Below, piece by piece: positions 10,598 through 19,907 of a stretch of DNA of 64,000 nt. The translations under genes and the position numbers were made by a program. How positions within the stretch are numbered: the first letter of the stretch is position 1; every line of letters begins with the position of its first letter. The notes under the pieces are model-generated. The model was given only the letters and a program-made list of their open reading frames with translations. It searched no databases and had not been told where the DNA came from. Source of the DNA: Dehalococcoidia bacterium (GTDB lineage Bacteria > Chloroflexota > Dehalococcoidia > Tepidiformales > Tepidiformaceae); contig JAXLXA010000002.1 of NCBI GenBank assembly GCA_046328215.1, positions 18,799 to 82,798 of the forward strand, given 5' to 3'.

Positions 10598-10892
10598 CCT
10601 CTTCCGTTGCCACCCAGTAACGGCCCCCGTCCGGCGTCCGCCCGAGCAGGTGTTCTTCGATGAGCGTGCGCCGCAGCAGCGGCGCATCGCGGAACGGCGC
10701 CCACTCGTCGAGGACGGCGTTCACTTCGGGCTCCGTGTACTGCCTGCCGCGCTCGAATTTCGCGATCAGGTAGTGGACAGCGGCACGCTGCAGGCGCCGC
10801 TTCGTGGGCCAGGCGAGCAGCCTGCCCTGCCCGTCGAGCCAGCTCGTCAGTTCGCGGACTGCCTCGGCCGGCGACATGGTCTCCGCGCTCAC
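10575..10892 (-). CDS. DUF2087-like domain protein
   Basis: 105 aa. Motif LDEWAPFRDAPLLRRTLIEEHLL resembles DUF2087 family proteins. Overlaps the MFS gene 3' end by 23 nt. Confidence 0.45.
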   Translation of the reverse strand: MSAETMSPAEAVRELTSWLDGQGRLLAWPTKRRLQRAAVHYLIAKFERGRQYTEPEVNAVLDEWAPFRDAPLLRRTLIEEHLLGRTPDGGRYWVATEEVRPSPVP

Positions 10893-11263
10893 GCGGGCGC
10901 CTGGCGCGACTGATCGTTTAGCGGCACGAGGTAGGACTCGACGCGTGCGATGAGCGCGCCCTCGAAAGTGAAGACGTCGCAGAAAGCGAACCGGTGCGTT
11001 GCGCCGTCGATGGTGGTCGCGGCGCCTTCGCCGATCGCGACGACCGCGCTGCCCTCCTCGATCAGCCGGTCCAGCGACAGCGCGGGGCGCCCGGTGAACC
11101 CGGGATTCTCAATCTCACCGTCGAAGTCCGCCTTGCCGCGCAGGTGGCGGAAGCCCGGGAGGTTCCAGGCGACGTCCTCGGTCAGGCACGAGAGGATCAC
11201 GGCATGGTCTCCCCGCCGGAAGCCTTCGAAATACCGCTCCACGGTTTGCTTTCGATCGCTCAT
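10889..11263 (-). CDS. SnoaL-like / nuclear transport factor 2 family protein
   Basis: MSDRKQTVERYFEGFRRGDHAVILSCLTEDVAW... typical ketosteroid-isomerase-like fold start. 124 aa. Confidence 0.6.
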   Translation of the reverse strand: MSDRKQTVERYFEGFRRGDHAVILSCLTEDVAWNLPGFRHLRGKADFDGEIENPGFTGRPALSLDRLIEEGSAVVAIGEGAATTIDGATHRFAFCDVFTFEGALIARVESYLVPLNDQSRQAPA

Positions 11264-12045
11264 TGGCGCTGACGTTCCTGTGTGAGCAGCCTCGCGAGCA
11301 TGAGGAACTCGCGGTCGGCATGCGTGACGTGCGCTGGGACCATCGATTCGGCCAGGGCGTTGCAGGTCGATTTCGTGAGCGCGAGGGAAACGGGCTCCTT
11401 TTCGAGCAGCTTCTTCGCCATCGCTCGGGCGGCCGGCAGCAGCTCGCCGTCGGGCACGCGGTGGTTGATGAAGCCCCAGCGAAGCGCATCCTCGCTGCTG
11501 AACCGGTCACAGGTCATGACGAGCTCTTTGGTGCGGGCCGGGCCGAGCTCGCGCATCAACCGCGGCAGCGCGTTCCACGTGAGCGGGATGTCGAGGTCAA
11601 CCTCGGGGATGGAGAACCAGGCGGATTCGGCGGCGATGCGGATGTCCAGGCAGGAGAGGAAGACCACGGCGCCGCCCACGGCCAGACCGTTCACAGCGCC
11701 GATGGTGACCTGGTCGAGCCCCTCGAGCGCCGACGCGCTGCGGTTCCCGGCGCTCGAACGGATGCGTTCGAGGAGGGGCGAGGGCGTGGCATTGGCGGTT
11801 GAGAGCGGTGTCGCAGGTTCGTTCGCAGGGGTCCTCCGGCCGAGGTCCGCGCCCGCGGAGAACGCGCGCCCCTCACCGGTGACGATGATCACGCGTGCGT
11901 CTGCGTCGTCGGCCAGTTCGCCGCAGGTCGCCTGCAACTCGGCGTGCATGCGGAAGTTGATGGCGTTCAGCTTGTCGGGCCGGTTGAGGGTGATGGTGAC
12001 GAGCCCCGGCAGCTCGGCATCGCGCTCGATGCGCAGGGTTTCCAT
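11260..12045 (-). CDS. enoyl-CoA hydratase/isomerase family protein
   Basis: GEGRAFSAGADLG oxyanion-hole motif. Crotonase fold. Start at METLRIERDA. Confidence 0.8.
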   Translation of the reverse strand: METLRIERDAELPGLVTITLNRPDKLNAINFRMHAELQATCGELADDADARVIIVTGEGRAFSAGADLGRRTPANEPATPLSTANATPSPLLERIRSSAGNRSASALEGLDQVTIGAVNGLAVGGAVVFLSCLDIRIAAESAWFSIPEVDLDIPLTWNALPRLMRELGPARTKELVMTCDRFSSEDALRWGFINHRVPDGELLPAARAMAKKLLEKEPVSLALTKSTCNALAESMVPAHVTHADREFLMLARLLTQERQRQ

Positions 12046-12269
12046 TGGGCGCCTCCCGGGCGGAATCGTGCGGAAGCGGGGGCCAGGTCGCAAGGGGCCG
12101 CGGGCGCCGGTCTCATCCGGGCTGGCGGGCACAAAGACCGGTGGCGAGGACGGACGATCGCGTGGCCTGGTGGTCCGGGGCATCCTACTTTGGGCGGAAA
12201 TCTCGCAAACTTCTTCCTGTTTGGGGAATTTTTTCTCGCGCGTTGGATTCAGAGGGGTATTGTTTTCGC

Positions 12270-12911
12270 ATGACCATGTCGAGTGGCGGCAGTCTCGAAT
12301 TCTTGAGCGCCACCCGCCAGGCGCTCCTCGTCGCAATCAAGAACCAGGGCGAAGCAACGACGGATCAGCTCGCAAAGGAAACATTCCTTTCGGCGGGGGC
12401 CGTGCGGCAGCACCTGCTCGCGCTGGAGGCGCAGGGCCTGGTGACCTACATCCGCCTGCGCGAAGGCCCCGGCCGCCCGCGCCACGTCTTCCGCCTGACC
12501 AGCCACGGAGAAGACCTCTTCCCTCAGGGCTACGCCTTGATGGCGAACGAAATCTTGCGGGCGCTTACGGCCGAAGACGGTTCGATGCTGCAGCGCGTTT
12601 TTGACCGCATCGTCGAGGCCCAGGTGCAGCTGGCAAACGAGCAGGTCCACGGCCAGAGCCGCTCCGAGCGAATCGTGGAACTGGCGCAGTTTATCGAGCA
12701 GTTCGGGTACTTCCCCCGGCTCGACATGGCGGATGACGGCAGCGCGACGCTGACGCTCCGGCACTGCCCGCTCTTCAACATCGCCTCCGAACACCCCGGG
12801 GTCTGCGAAGTCGAGTGCCAGGCGATGCGCAAGGTGCTGGGCACGGAATCGATCACGCGGGTCTCGCATCGGCTCGCCGGCGATTCGGTTTGCGCCTACT
12901 CCATCGACTGA
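12270..12911 (+). CDS. winged-helix transcriptional regulator with C-terminal Cys cluster
   Basis: N-terminal wHTH-like LAKETFLSAGAVRQHLLALEAQGLVTY. C-terminal CPLF...CEVEC motif. Start at MTMSSGG. Confidence 0.55.
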   Translation: MTMSSGGSLEFLSATRQALLVAIKNQGEATTDQLAKETFLSAGAVRQHLLALEAQGLVTYIRLREGPGRPRHVFRLTSHGEDLFPQGYALMANEILRALTAEDGSMLQRVFDRIVEAQVQLANEQVHGQSRSERIVELAQFIEQFGYFPRLDMADDGSATLTLRHCPLFNIASEHPGVCEVECQAMRKVLGTESITRVSHRLAGDSVCAYSID

Positions 12912-13027
12912 TCCGCTTTGCCGCCGGTGAGTCCCGGCCGGTTGGTCCTGCTTTCGTGTCCTAAAGGACCTCTGAACGCGCCCGTCCCCCGACATAGTTT
13001 CCGGATAGCCGCTATCGAGGGATCAGA

Positions 13028-14266
13028 GTGAAGTTTCACTGGTTCAATCTCATGCCCTACCCGTACCTGCCGGACGACTTCCGGCAAACGCACCGGAGCG
13101 TTTGGGTGGATGTCGATTCCCGCCTGTACGACCCGGTGAAGGGCCACACCGTCTACAACGACTACCTGGATCTGCTGGAGTTTGCCGCCGAACAGGGCTT
13201 CGACGGCATCGGCGTGAACGAGCATCACGCGAACGCCTACGGCCTGATGCCGTCGCCGGCGCTGATGGCCGCCACGCTCGCCCGCCGCACGCGCGATGTC
13301 AGCATCATCCTCCTGGGCCAATCGATCGCCCTGTACAACCCGCCCACGCGCGTTGCCGAAGAGATGGCGATGCTCGACGTCATCTCCGGTGGCCGGCTGA
13401 TTGCCGGCTTCCCCGTCGGGACTTCGATGGATACGAACTACGCGTTCGGCGCCAACCCGGCCACCCTGCGCGAGCGTTACCAGGAGAACCACGACCTCAT
13501 CATCCGCGCCTGGACGGACCCGGATGTCTTCCCGTGGAACGGGAAGTTCAACCGCCTCCGCTACGTGAACATCTGGCCGCGGCCGATCCAGAAGCCGCAC
13601 CCCCCGATCTGGATCCCGGGCGGTGGGTCGGTAGAGACCTGGGACTTCTGCGCGGAGAACAACTACAACTACAGCTACCTCAGCTTCAGCGGGTTCAAGC
13701 GCGGCGCCCAGCTCATGAACGGCTTCCACGACCGCGTGGTTGAGATGGGCAAGGAGTTCAACCCCTACCAGGCCTCGTTCGCGCAGCAGATCATCGTGGC
13801 CGACTCGGAGCAGGAGGCCGAAGAGAGCTACTTCGAACACGCCCGCTACTTCTTCGAGCGTTGCCTTCACGTCTATCCCGGGTTCGCGGACGCGCCGGGG
13901 TACCGCACAGAAGCGACCATCCGGGCCGGCCTCAAGGCGCAGGTCGCCGGGGTCAGCTCCGGTGGCGCGGTCGGCAAGTCGTTCCGGCAGTGCGTGGACG
14001 AAGGCTTCCTCATCGCGGGGAACCCCGACCAGGTGACCGAGCAGATGGAGCACATGATCAAGTCGCTCAACGTGGGCCACGTGTTCTGCCTGATGCACAT
14101 CGGCGACATGCCGAAGGCGAAGTGCGAGAAGAGCACCACGCTGTTCGCGCAGCAGGTCATGCCACGGCTGCGCCACCTGTGGGCGGAGTACGAAGACCAC
14201 TGGTCGCCGAAGCCGCTCTCGGAGCTGGCGGAGCCGCGGCCGATTCGCCAGCCGGCGCTGGCCTGA
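13028..14266 (+). CDS. LLM-class flavin-dependent oxidoreductase (luciferase-like monooxygenase)
   Basis: MKFHWFNLMPYPYLPDDF... LLM/TIM-barrel family hallmarks. 412 aa. Confidence 0.8.
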   Translation: MKFHWFNLMPYPYLPDDFRQTHRSVWVDVDSRLYDPVKGHTVYNDYLDLLEFAAEQGFDGIGVNEHHANAYGLMPSPALMAATLARRTRDVSIILLGQSIALYNPPTRVAEEMAMLDVISGGRLIAGFPVGTSMDTNYAFGANPATLRERYQENHDLIIRAWTDPDVFPWNGKFNRLRYVNIWPRPIQKPHPPIWIPGGGSVETWDFCAENNYNYSYLSFSGFKRGAQLMNGFHDRVVEMGKEFNPYQASFAQQIIVADSEQEAEESYFEHARYFFERCLHVYPGFADAPGYRTEATIRAGLKAQVAGVSSGGAVGKSFRQCVDEGFLIAGNPDQVTEQMEHMIKSLNVGHVFCLMHIGDMPKAKCEKSTTLFAQQVMPRLRHLWAEYEDHWSPKPLSELAEPRPIRQPALA

Positions 14267-14280
14267 GAGGAACAGCGACC

Positions 14281-15060
14281 ATGCAACAGCTCACCGCCGT
14301 CATCCGTCCCGATACCGCACCCGTCCACTACTTCCGCGGAGGGGCGGGCGAGCCACTCCTCTACCTGCACCACCTCGCTGGCATGCAGGGCTGGGAGCCG
14401 GCCCTCTCCGAGCTTTCGACGAAATTCGATGTCATCGCGCCGTACCACCCGGGCTTCGGCCCGTCGGAAGGGCTCGACGAAGTCGACAACGGCCTGGACC
14501 TGGTCCTGCACTACATCGACTTCCTGGACTATCTCGGCTTGGAGTCGGTGCGCGTGCTCGGACACAGCTTCGGCGCCTGGATCGCCGCTGAGTTGGCGGC
14601 CCTCTACCCCGATCGTGTTTCGCGTCTCGTGCTGGCGAACCCTGTGGGCATCTGGCAGGAAGACATCGGCGGCGAAGATGTGTTCGCCCAGAACCCGACG
14701 AAGCCAACCGAAGTGCTGTTCGCCGAACCGCAACTGCGCGAGAACCTGATCCTTCGTGACGGGACGGTCGACCCGCTGGAGACGTACGTCCAGGAGCAGA
14801 AGGACCTGAAGGCCGCTGCGAAGTTCCTCTGGCCCATCCCGGACACCGGCGTCGCCCGGCGCCTGGGACGAATCACCGCCCCGACGCTCGTCGTGGGCTC
14901 CACCGCGGACAAATTCATCCCGCCTGCGTACGCCGGGGTGTGGAAGCGGCACATCGCGAACTCAGACATCAAGACCATCGTGAATGCGGGTCACCTGGTC
15001 AACCTTGAGCAGCCCAGCCGCTTCGCGACGGTGGCTGGGAGCTGGCTGATCCAACCCTAG
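14281..15060 (+). CDS. alpha/beta hydrolase
   Basis: Nucleophile elbow GHSFGAW. HPGFGPSEG. Start at MQQLTAVIRP. Confidence 0.8.
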   Translation: MQQLTAVIRPDTAPVHYFRGGAGEPLLYLHHLAGMQGWEPALSELSTKFDVIAPYHPGFGPSEGLDEVDNGLDLVLHYIDFLDYLGLESVRVLGHSFGAWIAAELAALYPDRVSRLVLANPVGIWQEDIGGEDVFAQNPTKPTEVLFAEPQLRENLILRDGTVDPLETYVQEQKDLKAAAKFLWPIPDTGVARRLGRITAPTLVVGSTADKFIPPAYAGVWKRHIANSDIKTIVNAGHLVNLEQPSRFATVAGSWLIQP

Positions 15061-15155
15061 CGGCGGGCATGGCGGCCGCGTGGGACATGGGGCGCAGGCA
15101 ACTGCGCCCCATCGCTTGTTCGCCGTTTTCACGCGGCTTCAACTACGCTTGGCGC

Positions 15156-16238
15156 ATGCCACCATCCGGGCCGATGCAGCGAGCAATCGAGGCGGCGCGA
15201 TCAGCGCGCGGGCGCACCAGCCCAAACCCCTGGGTGGGCGCGGCGGTGGTCCGCGATGGGCACATCCTCTCCGTGGGCGCCACCTCGCCGCCGGGAGGGC
15301 CTCACGCCGAGGCCGCCGCGCTGTCAAATGTCGATGCGCGCGGAGCAACGCTCTACACCACGCTCGAGCCCTGCATGCCGTTCGAAGGCAAGCGCACGCG
15401 GCCCTGCACCCAGGCGATCCTCGATGCCGGGGTGGCGAAAGTGGTCGTCGGAATCGAGGACCCGCACTCGCCTGTCGCGGGGCAGGGTGTCGCGCTGCTC
15501 CGCGCGCAGGGCATCGGCGTCGAAGTCGGGGACGGCGCGGAGGAGATCGCCGAACTGCTGCGGCCCTACCTGCACTTCCGGCAGACCGGCCGGCCGTACG
15601 TCATCGCCAAGTTCGCGGTGAGCCTCGATGGCAAAGCTGGCGCGCCCGCCGCCGGGGTCCGTTGGCTGACCAGCCCGCCGGCCCTTGCACGCGCGCACCT
15701 TGACCGCGCCTGGGTCGACGCCATTGCCGTGGGCAGCGGTACCGTGCTGGCCGATGACCCGGCGCTCACCGCGCGGCAGGATGGGACGCTTGCGGAGCAT
15801 CAGCCGCTGCGAATCATCCTGGACGGGCGTGGACGAATTCCGGCCGCGGCACGTGCGCTTGGGCCCGGAGCAATCGTGGCCAGCGCAAGCCGCGACCCCA
15901 ACTGGACCTCCGCCATCGCCGCCACCGGCGCGACGGTGCTTGCCATCGAGGAGACGGATGGCGGGCTCAACCTCGATCAACTGCTGGGTGCCCTGGGCCA
16001 GCGGTCCGTGATGTCGCTCATCGTCGAGGGAGGCCCCGCGTTGCTGGCGTCGGTGTTTGCGCAGCAGTTCGTAGCCGAAGTGCACGCGTATGTGGCCCCG
16101 CTGGTCCTCGGGCCCGATGCGCTGCCGCTGTTTTCCGGATCTGTCGGGTTCGCGCCCGAGCGGCTTCACGACGTGCGGATCGAAGTGCTTTCCCCGGACG
16201 TGCTGATCCGCGGCTACACTGGCCCCTGGACATCCTGA
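15156..16238 (+). CDS. ribD: bifunctional riboflavin biosynthesis protein RibD (deaminase/reductase)
   Basis: CMP/dCMP deaminase zinc motif HAEAAAL...TLEPCMPF. C-terminal RibD reductase domain (KFAVSLDGK). Confidence 0.85.
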   Translation: MPPSGPMQRAIEAARSARGRTSPNPWVGAAVVRDGHILSVGATSPPGGPHAEAAALSNVDARGATLYTTLEPCMPFEGKRTRPCTQAILDAGVAKVVVGIEDPHSPVAGQGVALLRAQGIGVEVGDGAEEIAELLRPYLHFRQTGRPYVIAKFAVSLDGKAGAPAAGVRWLTSPPALARAHLDRAWVDAIAVGSGTVLADDPALTARQDGTLAEHQPLRIILDGRGRIPAAARALGPGAIVASASRDPNWTSAIAATGATVLAIEETDGGLNLDQLLGALGQRSVMSLIVEGGPALLASVFAQQFVAEVHAYVAPLVLGPDALPLFSGSVGFAPERLHDVRIEVLSPDVLIRGYTGPWTS

Positions 16239-16256
16239 CGCACAGGGGGCGAACCG

Positions 16257-16703
16257 ATGGCTCAGAACTGGATCGTGGTTGGCGGACCCGAGATTTTTGG
16301 CAAGACGCGCGAGATGGGATTCACGCGGCACGGCTTCAAGAGCACGCGCCGGGTGATGGCGAGCAAGATCCAGCCGGGTGACCTGCTCGCTTTCTATGTG
16401 ACCGGCCGGAAGCAGTTCGCCGCCATCGCGAGGGTCACGTCCCCCGTGGTCGAAGAGCAGACGCGCATCTGGAATAACGAGAAGAAGCCAAACGAGCTCT
16501 ACCCCTACCGGGCGGGCATCGAGAAGGTCATCGCGCCCGATGAAGACCACTGGCTGGACGCGGAGCCTTACCACGAGCGGTTCACATGGACGCAGAAGTG
16601 GCCGCGGGCGAACTGGACGCTTGCCTACCAGGGCAACCTCCACCTGATCCCGCAGGAAGATATGGACCTGTTGATGAAGGACATGAAGGCCGCGGCCGGG
16701 TGA
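16257..16703 (+). CDS. EVE (PUA-like) domain protein
   Basis: MAQNWIVVGGPEIF... resembles the EVE-domain start M.YW..K..P. 148 aa. Confidence 0.6.
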   Translation: MAQNWIVVGGPEIFGKTREMGFTRHGFKSTRRVMASKIQPGDLLAFYVTGRKQFAAIARVTSPVVEEQTRIWNNEKKPNELYPYRAGIEKVIAPDEDHWLDAEPYHERFTWTQKWPRANWTLAYQGNLHLIPQEDMDLLMKDMKAAAG

Positions 16704-16804
16704 ATTGCGGATTGTTGACTTCGGATTGTGGATTGGGAGAGCGAGTCGGGGTCGGCGGCCGCCCAGTCTGGAATCCACAATCCGCAATCCGAAATCCCGC
16801 AATT
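16703..16804. terminator. long imperfect inverted repeat (~32 bp arms built from CGGATTG-like heptads, GC-rich 36 nt loop). Probable bidirectional terminator or protein-binding site.
   Basis: gaattgcggattgttgacttcggattgtggatt ... aatccacaatccgcaatccgaaatcccgcaatt. Confidence 0.5.
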
Positions 16805-16891
16805 GATTTGTAACCGCTCGCACACGAGTAGATTGTCCCTTTGTAAATTCTTGTCGTAACATCCGCGCCCAGACTGGGGGAGGGCGTTGGG

Positions 16892-17098
16892 ATGATTCAG
16901 TTTCCTAAGTGCCGGAAATGCGATTTCGGTGACCTTGTGCCATTTAGCGACTTCGGGAGCCAGGGCGCCCCGATCCACTACAAGGCGTGGGTCTGCACGA
17001 ACCCCGATTGCGGTGACAACATCAAGATCCGCAACGGCGAGCTCTACATCGACGAGCCCATCAATGACGGGCAAGTGCATTACAGCCGGAGCCGGTAA
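16892..17098 (+). CDS. small zinc-ribbon protein (CxxC...CxxC)
   Basis: 68 aa with CRKC...CTNPDC. AT-rich promoter-like region upstream. Confidence 0.5.
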   Translation: MIQFPKCRKCDFGDLVPFSDFGSQGAPIHYKAWVCTNPDCGDNIKIRNGELYIDEPINDGQVHYSRSR

Positions 17099-17163
17099 GC
17101 TACCGCGCTGAGGGCGCAAGGCCAGCCTTTCGCCCACCTCGATTGTGATAGACTGCACGAGCA

Positions 17164-17823
17164 ATGCCGCAGGCGAACAAGATTTACGAACCGCTCCCGC
17201 TCCTCGACCTGAACGTTGAGGAAGAAGTCCAGCAGAACATCCTCGTCACGAGCGTTGACCAGGTCCTCAACTGGGCGCGGCGTTCGTCGTTGTGGCCGTG
17301 CATGTTCGGCCTTGCCTGCTGCGCCATGGAGATGATCGCGACCGCCACGCCGCGGTACGACATCGCCCGCTTCGGCGCCGAGATCTTCCGCGCTTCCCCG
17401 CGCCAGGCCGACCTCTTGCTCGTCCCCGGGACGGTGACCTGGAAAATGGCCCCGGCCGTCCGCCGGATCTGGCTGCAGATGCCGGAACCGAAGTGGGCGC
17501 TCGCCATGGGCGGCTGCGCGATCATGGGCGGGCCGTTCGCCTACGCGTACAGCGTCACTCCCGGCGTGAACACTCTCGTGCCGGTCGATGTGTACGTCCC
17601 CGGCTGCCCGCCGCGGCCGGAATCGCTCCTCACCGGGCTGATGTTGCTGCAGGACAAGATCAAGCGCGACACCATCGGCAAGGGCTGGGTACGGCGCGAT
17701 GTTGAGCCGCAGTTCCAGCGCTACCTCCCCGAGGGCGACCCGATCCGCAAGGAACTCGAAACGCTCTGGCCGCCGTACATCGACTACGGCAAGCCGCTCA
17801 CGGGCGACATCTTCGCGAAGTAA
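17164..17823 (+). CDS. NADH-quinone oxidoreductase subunit B-like [4Fe-4S] protein, standalone with ~40 aa C-terminal extension
   Basis: NuoB/hydrogenase small-subunit cysteine motifs CCAMEM...GGC...CPP. No nuoA/C/D neighbours. Confidence 0.8.
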   Translation: MPQANKIYEPLPLLDLNVEEEVQQNILVTSVDQVLNWARRSSLWPCMFGLACCAMEMIATATPRYDIARFGAEIFRASPRQADLLLVPGTVTWKMAPAVRRIWLQMPEPKWALAMGGCAIMGGPFAYAYSVTPGVNTLVPVDVYVPGCPPRPESLLTGLMLLQDKIKRDTIGKGWVRRDVEPQFQRYLPEGDPIRKELETLWPPYIDYGKPLTGDIFAK

Positions 17824-17880
17824 CACAAATTCCCAGGACGGCTGCCGGCGCCCGTTCGGCGCGTCCGCACGGAGGTACCG

Positions 17881-18088
17881 CATGGCTGCACAATGGAGTG
17901 ACGTCGAAGACCTGGTGAAGCACCTGTTCGAGCAGGGCCTCCAGCCGGACCGCCAGGAGCTCGTGGACCTCGCCTTCGCCGAGAATGCGAACGACGACGT
18001 GATCGACGCGCTCGACTCGCTCAACGGGAAGCCGGTGCCGTCGCTCGACAGCCTGAAGCAGCAGCTCGAGGCGAACGGGCAGATTTAG
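17881..18088 (+). CDS. small acidic hypothetical protein (69 aa). Its 3' end is duplicated at 19866-19899.
   Basis: MAAQWSDVEDLVKHLFEQGL...QQLEANGQI*. The terminal ~40 nt recur at the IS110 tandem junction. Confidence 0.5.
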
Positions 18089-18099
18089 TACTCAGTTGG

Positions 18100-19865
18100 G
18101 GACGTTGGCGGCGGGCCTGCCCTCACCCCCCCGGCCCCCTCTCCCGACTCCTGCGTCGCGGGCGAGGGGGAGTTCAGGTCGCGTGTTTGCCGGACGAACG
18201 ATCGCCGACTTTCACGAGTTTGTACTGGTCCCTCTCCCCCTTCGCGGCGGGCCTGCCCTCACCCCCCGGCTCCTTCCATGAGAAGGCCGGTTGGGGTCAA
18301 GCCACGTAGACGTGTGGCGTTGGTTGGTGCCCTGCCGGTTCGCCTCGCTTCCATCCGCACTCGTTGAGGAGCATTCGTTGGCTTGCTCCGGTGCATGCTG
18401 AGGTCCGTTTTAGGGTCAGGTGCTGCAATCTCTCCTGCGGGATACCTTCGCTCCCAGGGGGCCGCCGCAGTCACCCGGACGCGGCTTTGGGCTTGGTCGT
18501 CTGGGTCCGCGCTTTGGCCTGGTGCTTCTAGGCAGCCATTGGCGCGCTGCTTTCCGAGCGGAGCGGTTCGTACACTTCCCCGCTGACCCGAGGTGGTGCA
18601 GGAGGACGGCGAGTTTTCTGGCGACGGCGATGATAGCCCGCTTCTTCTGGTTCTGCCTCCTCTTGCCGTCAGTCGCTCGCCGAATCGGCAGGTCGCAGTC
18701 AGTCCCGCGCATGACCCGGTGGCGCATTCGACGAGGAGTGGTGCGCAGGTAGCGGTCTCCCGCGTGGGTGATGCCGAGCTTGGGGGTTTTGTTCACCCGA
18801 TGCCTGTTGCCGTGGTGCGAGCCCAAGGTAGGCGCTCGCCTGGCGGCTTTTCTTGAACCGTCCTTTCTCTTCGAGGGTGAGGATGTAGGTCACCGCCGTC
18901 AGTGCTCCCACTCCATGGACCTGTCGCAAGACACCGCTCTCGGGGTACTCCTTTTCGGCCAGCCGGTTCACTTCTCCGTCGTACGCTTTGATGAGCAGGG
19001 TGCTGGCGCACCAGTTCGAGCAGGGGCCCGAGGCTTGCCTGGAGCCTCTCCGGGATGCGCTCCCACATCCTCATTGCGAAAGGCGTCCGCGTCGCACTGG
19101 GGGAGCCGTCCGCCATGTGCCTTCACGGTGCCGCGGATGTGGTTCACCAGGGCTGTCCTCGCCGCCACCACGTGCGCCCGGGCGAGGATCAGGGCCCGCC
19201 CCTCCTGCCTTCTGGCCGCGGTGCGTGATCGGCGCCAGCAACGCTGCATCTACCTGCGCCAGCCGCGCCAGGGTCTCGGCATCTGTCCTGTCCGTTTTGC
19301 GCTGGGAGCGGGTGATCAGTGGATCCGGCGCGGGTTCGCGACGATGACGATGCTCATCTCCTTGAGGAGGACGGCCACCCCAGGGCGAGCGGTCCCTACT
19401 TCCAGGGCGACCACTGTCCGCTCTCTTTCCGAGCAGCTTCCTGAGCGCCGGCGCTGTCGTTGCCACTTTGCCTTCGGCTTCGACTGCTCCATCCCGGTCG
19501 AGCACCACGTAGGTGCTCTCCTTGTCCTTGAGGTCGAGTCCCATCGTCCGCAGCTCCGTTGTATCGTTCTTCATGGCCGGTCTGTCTCCTTTTTGCAGCA
19601 CCTTAGGTGACTGCGTGACGGCCGGCCTTCATCCCATCTCTCCCGACTCCTATCGTCGCGGCGAGGGGGTTCAGGTCGCGTATTTGCCGCGGACGAACGA
19701 TCGCCGGCTTTCACGAGTACTGGTCCACCTCACCCTTCGTTTGACGGCTGCTCTCGCGCGGCGAGGGCACTCCCATACCAGGGCGCGCGCGGCGGCGGAA
19801 CGAGAGACTGCCGAGCTGAACCGAGCGTTGTTACGCCGGCGGGGCGGCCGCCTGCATCTCGGCCT
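18100..19865 (-). mobile_element. IS110-family element, copy 1 of a tandem duplication (transposase pseudogenised)
   Basis: Minus-strand ORF fragments MKNDTTELRTMGLDLKDKESTYVVLDRDGAVEAEGKV (IS110 N-terminus), ...TAVTYILTLEEKG..., GSHHGNRHRVNKTPKLGITHAGDRYLRTT (C-terminus). Flanked by ~100 bp direct repeats. Confidence 0.8.
18416..19601 (-). pseudogene. IS110-family transposase, multiply frameshifted (copy 1)
   Basis: Three or more ORF fragments in different frames cover one ~350-400 aa transposase. Confidence 0.7.
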
Positions 19866-19907
19866 GAAGCAGCAGCTCGAGGCGAACGGCCAGATTTAGT
19901 ACTCAGT

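Noticed and set aside
12896-14200. 434 aa minus-strand ORF
   Set aside because: Antisense to the LLM oxidoreductase, which has clear family motifs. Spurious GC-driven ORF.
15324-16862. 512 aa antisense ORF across ribD and the EVE gene
   Set aside because: No recognisable motifs and strongly biased composition. ribD on the other strand is clearly real.
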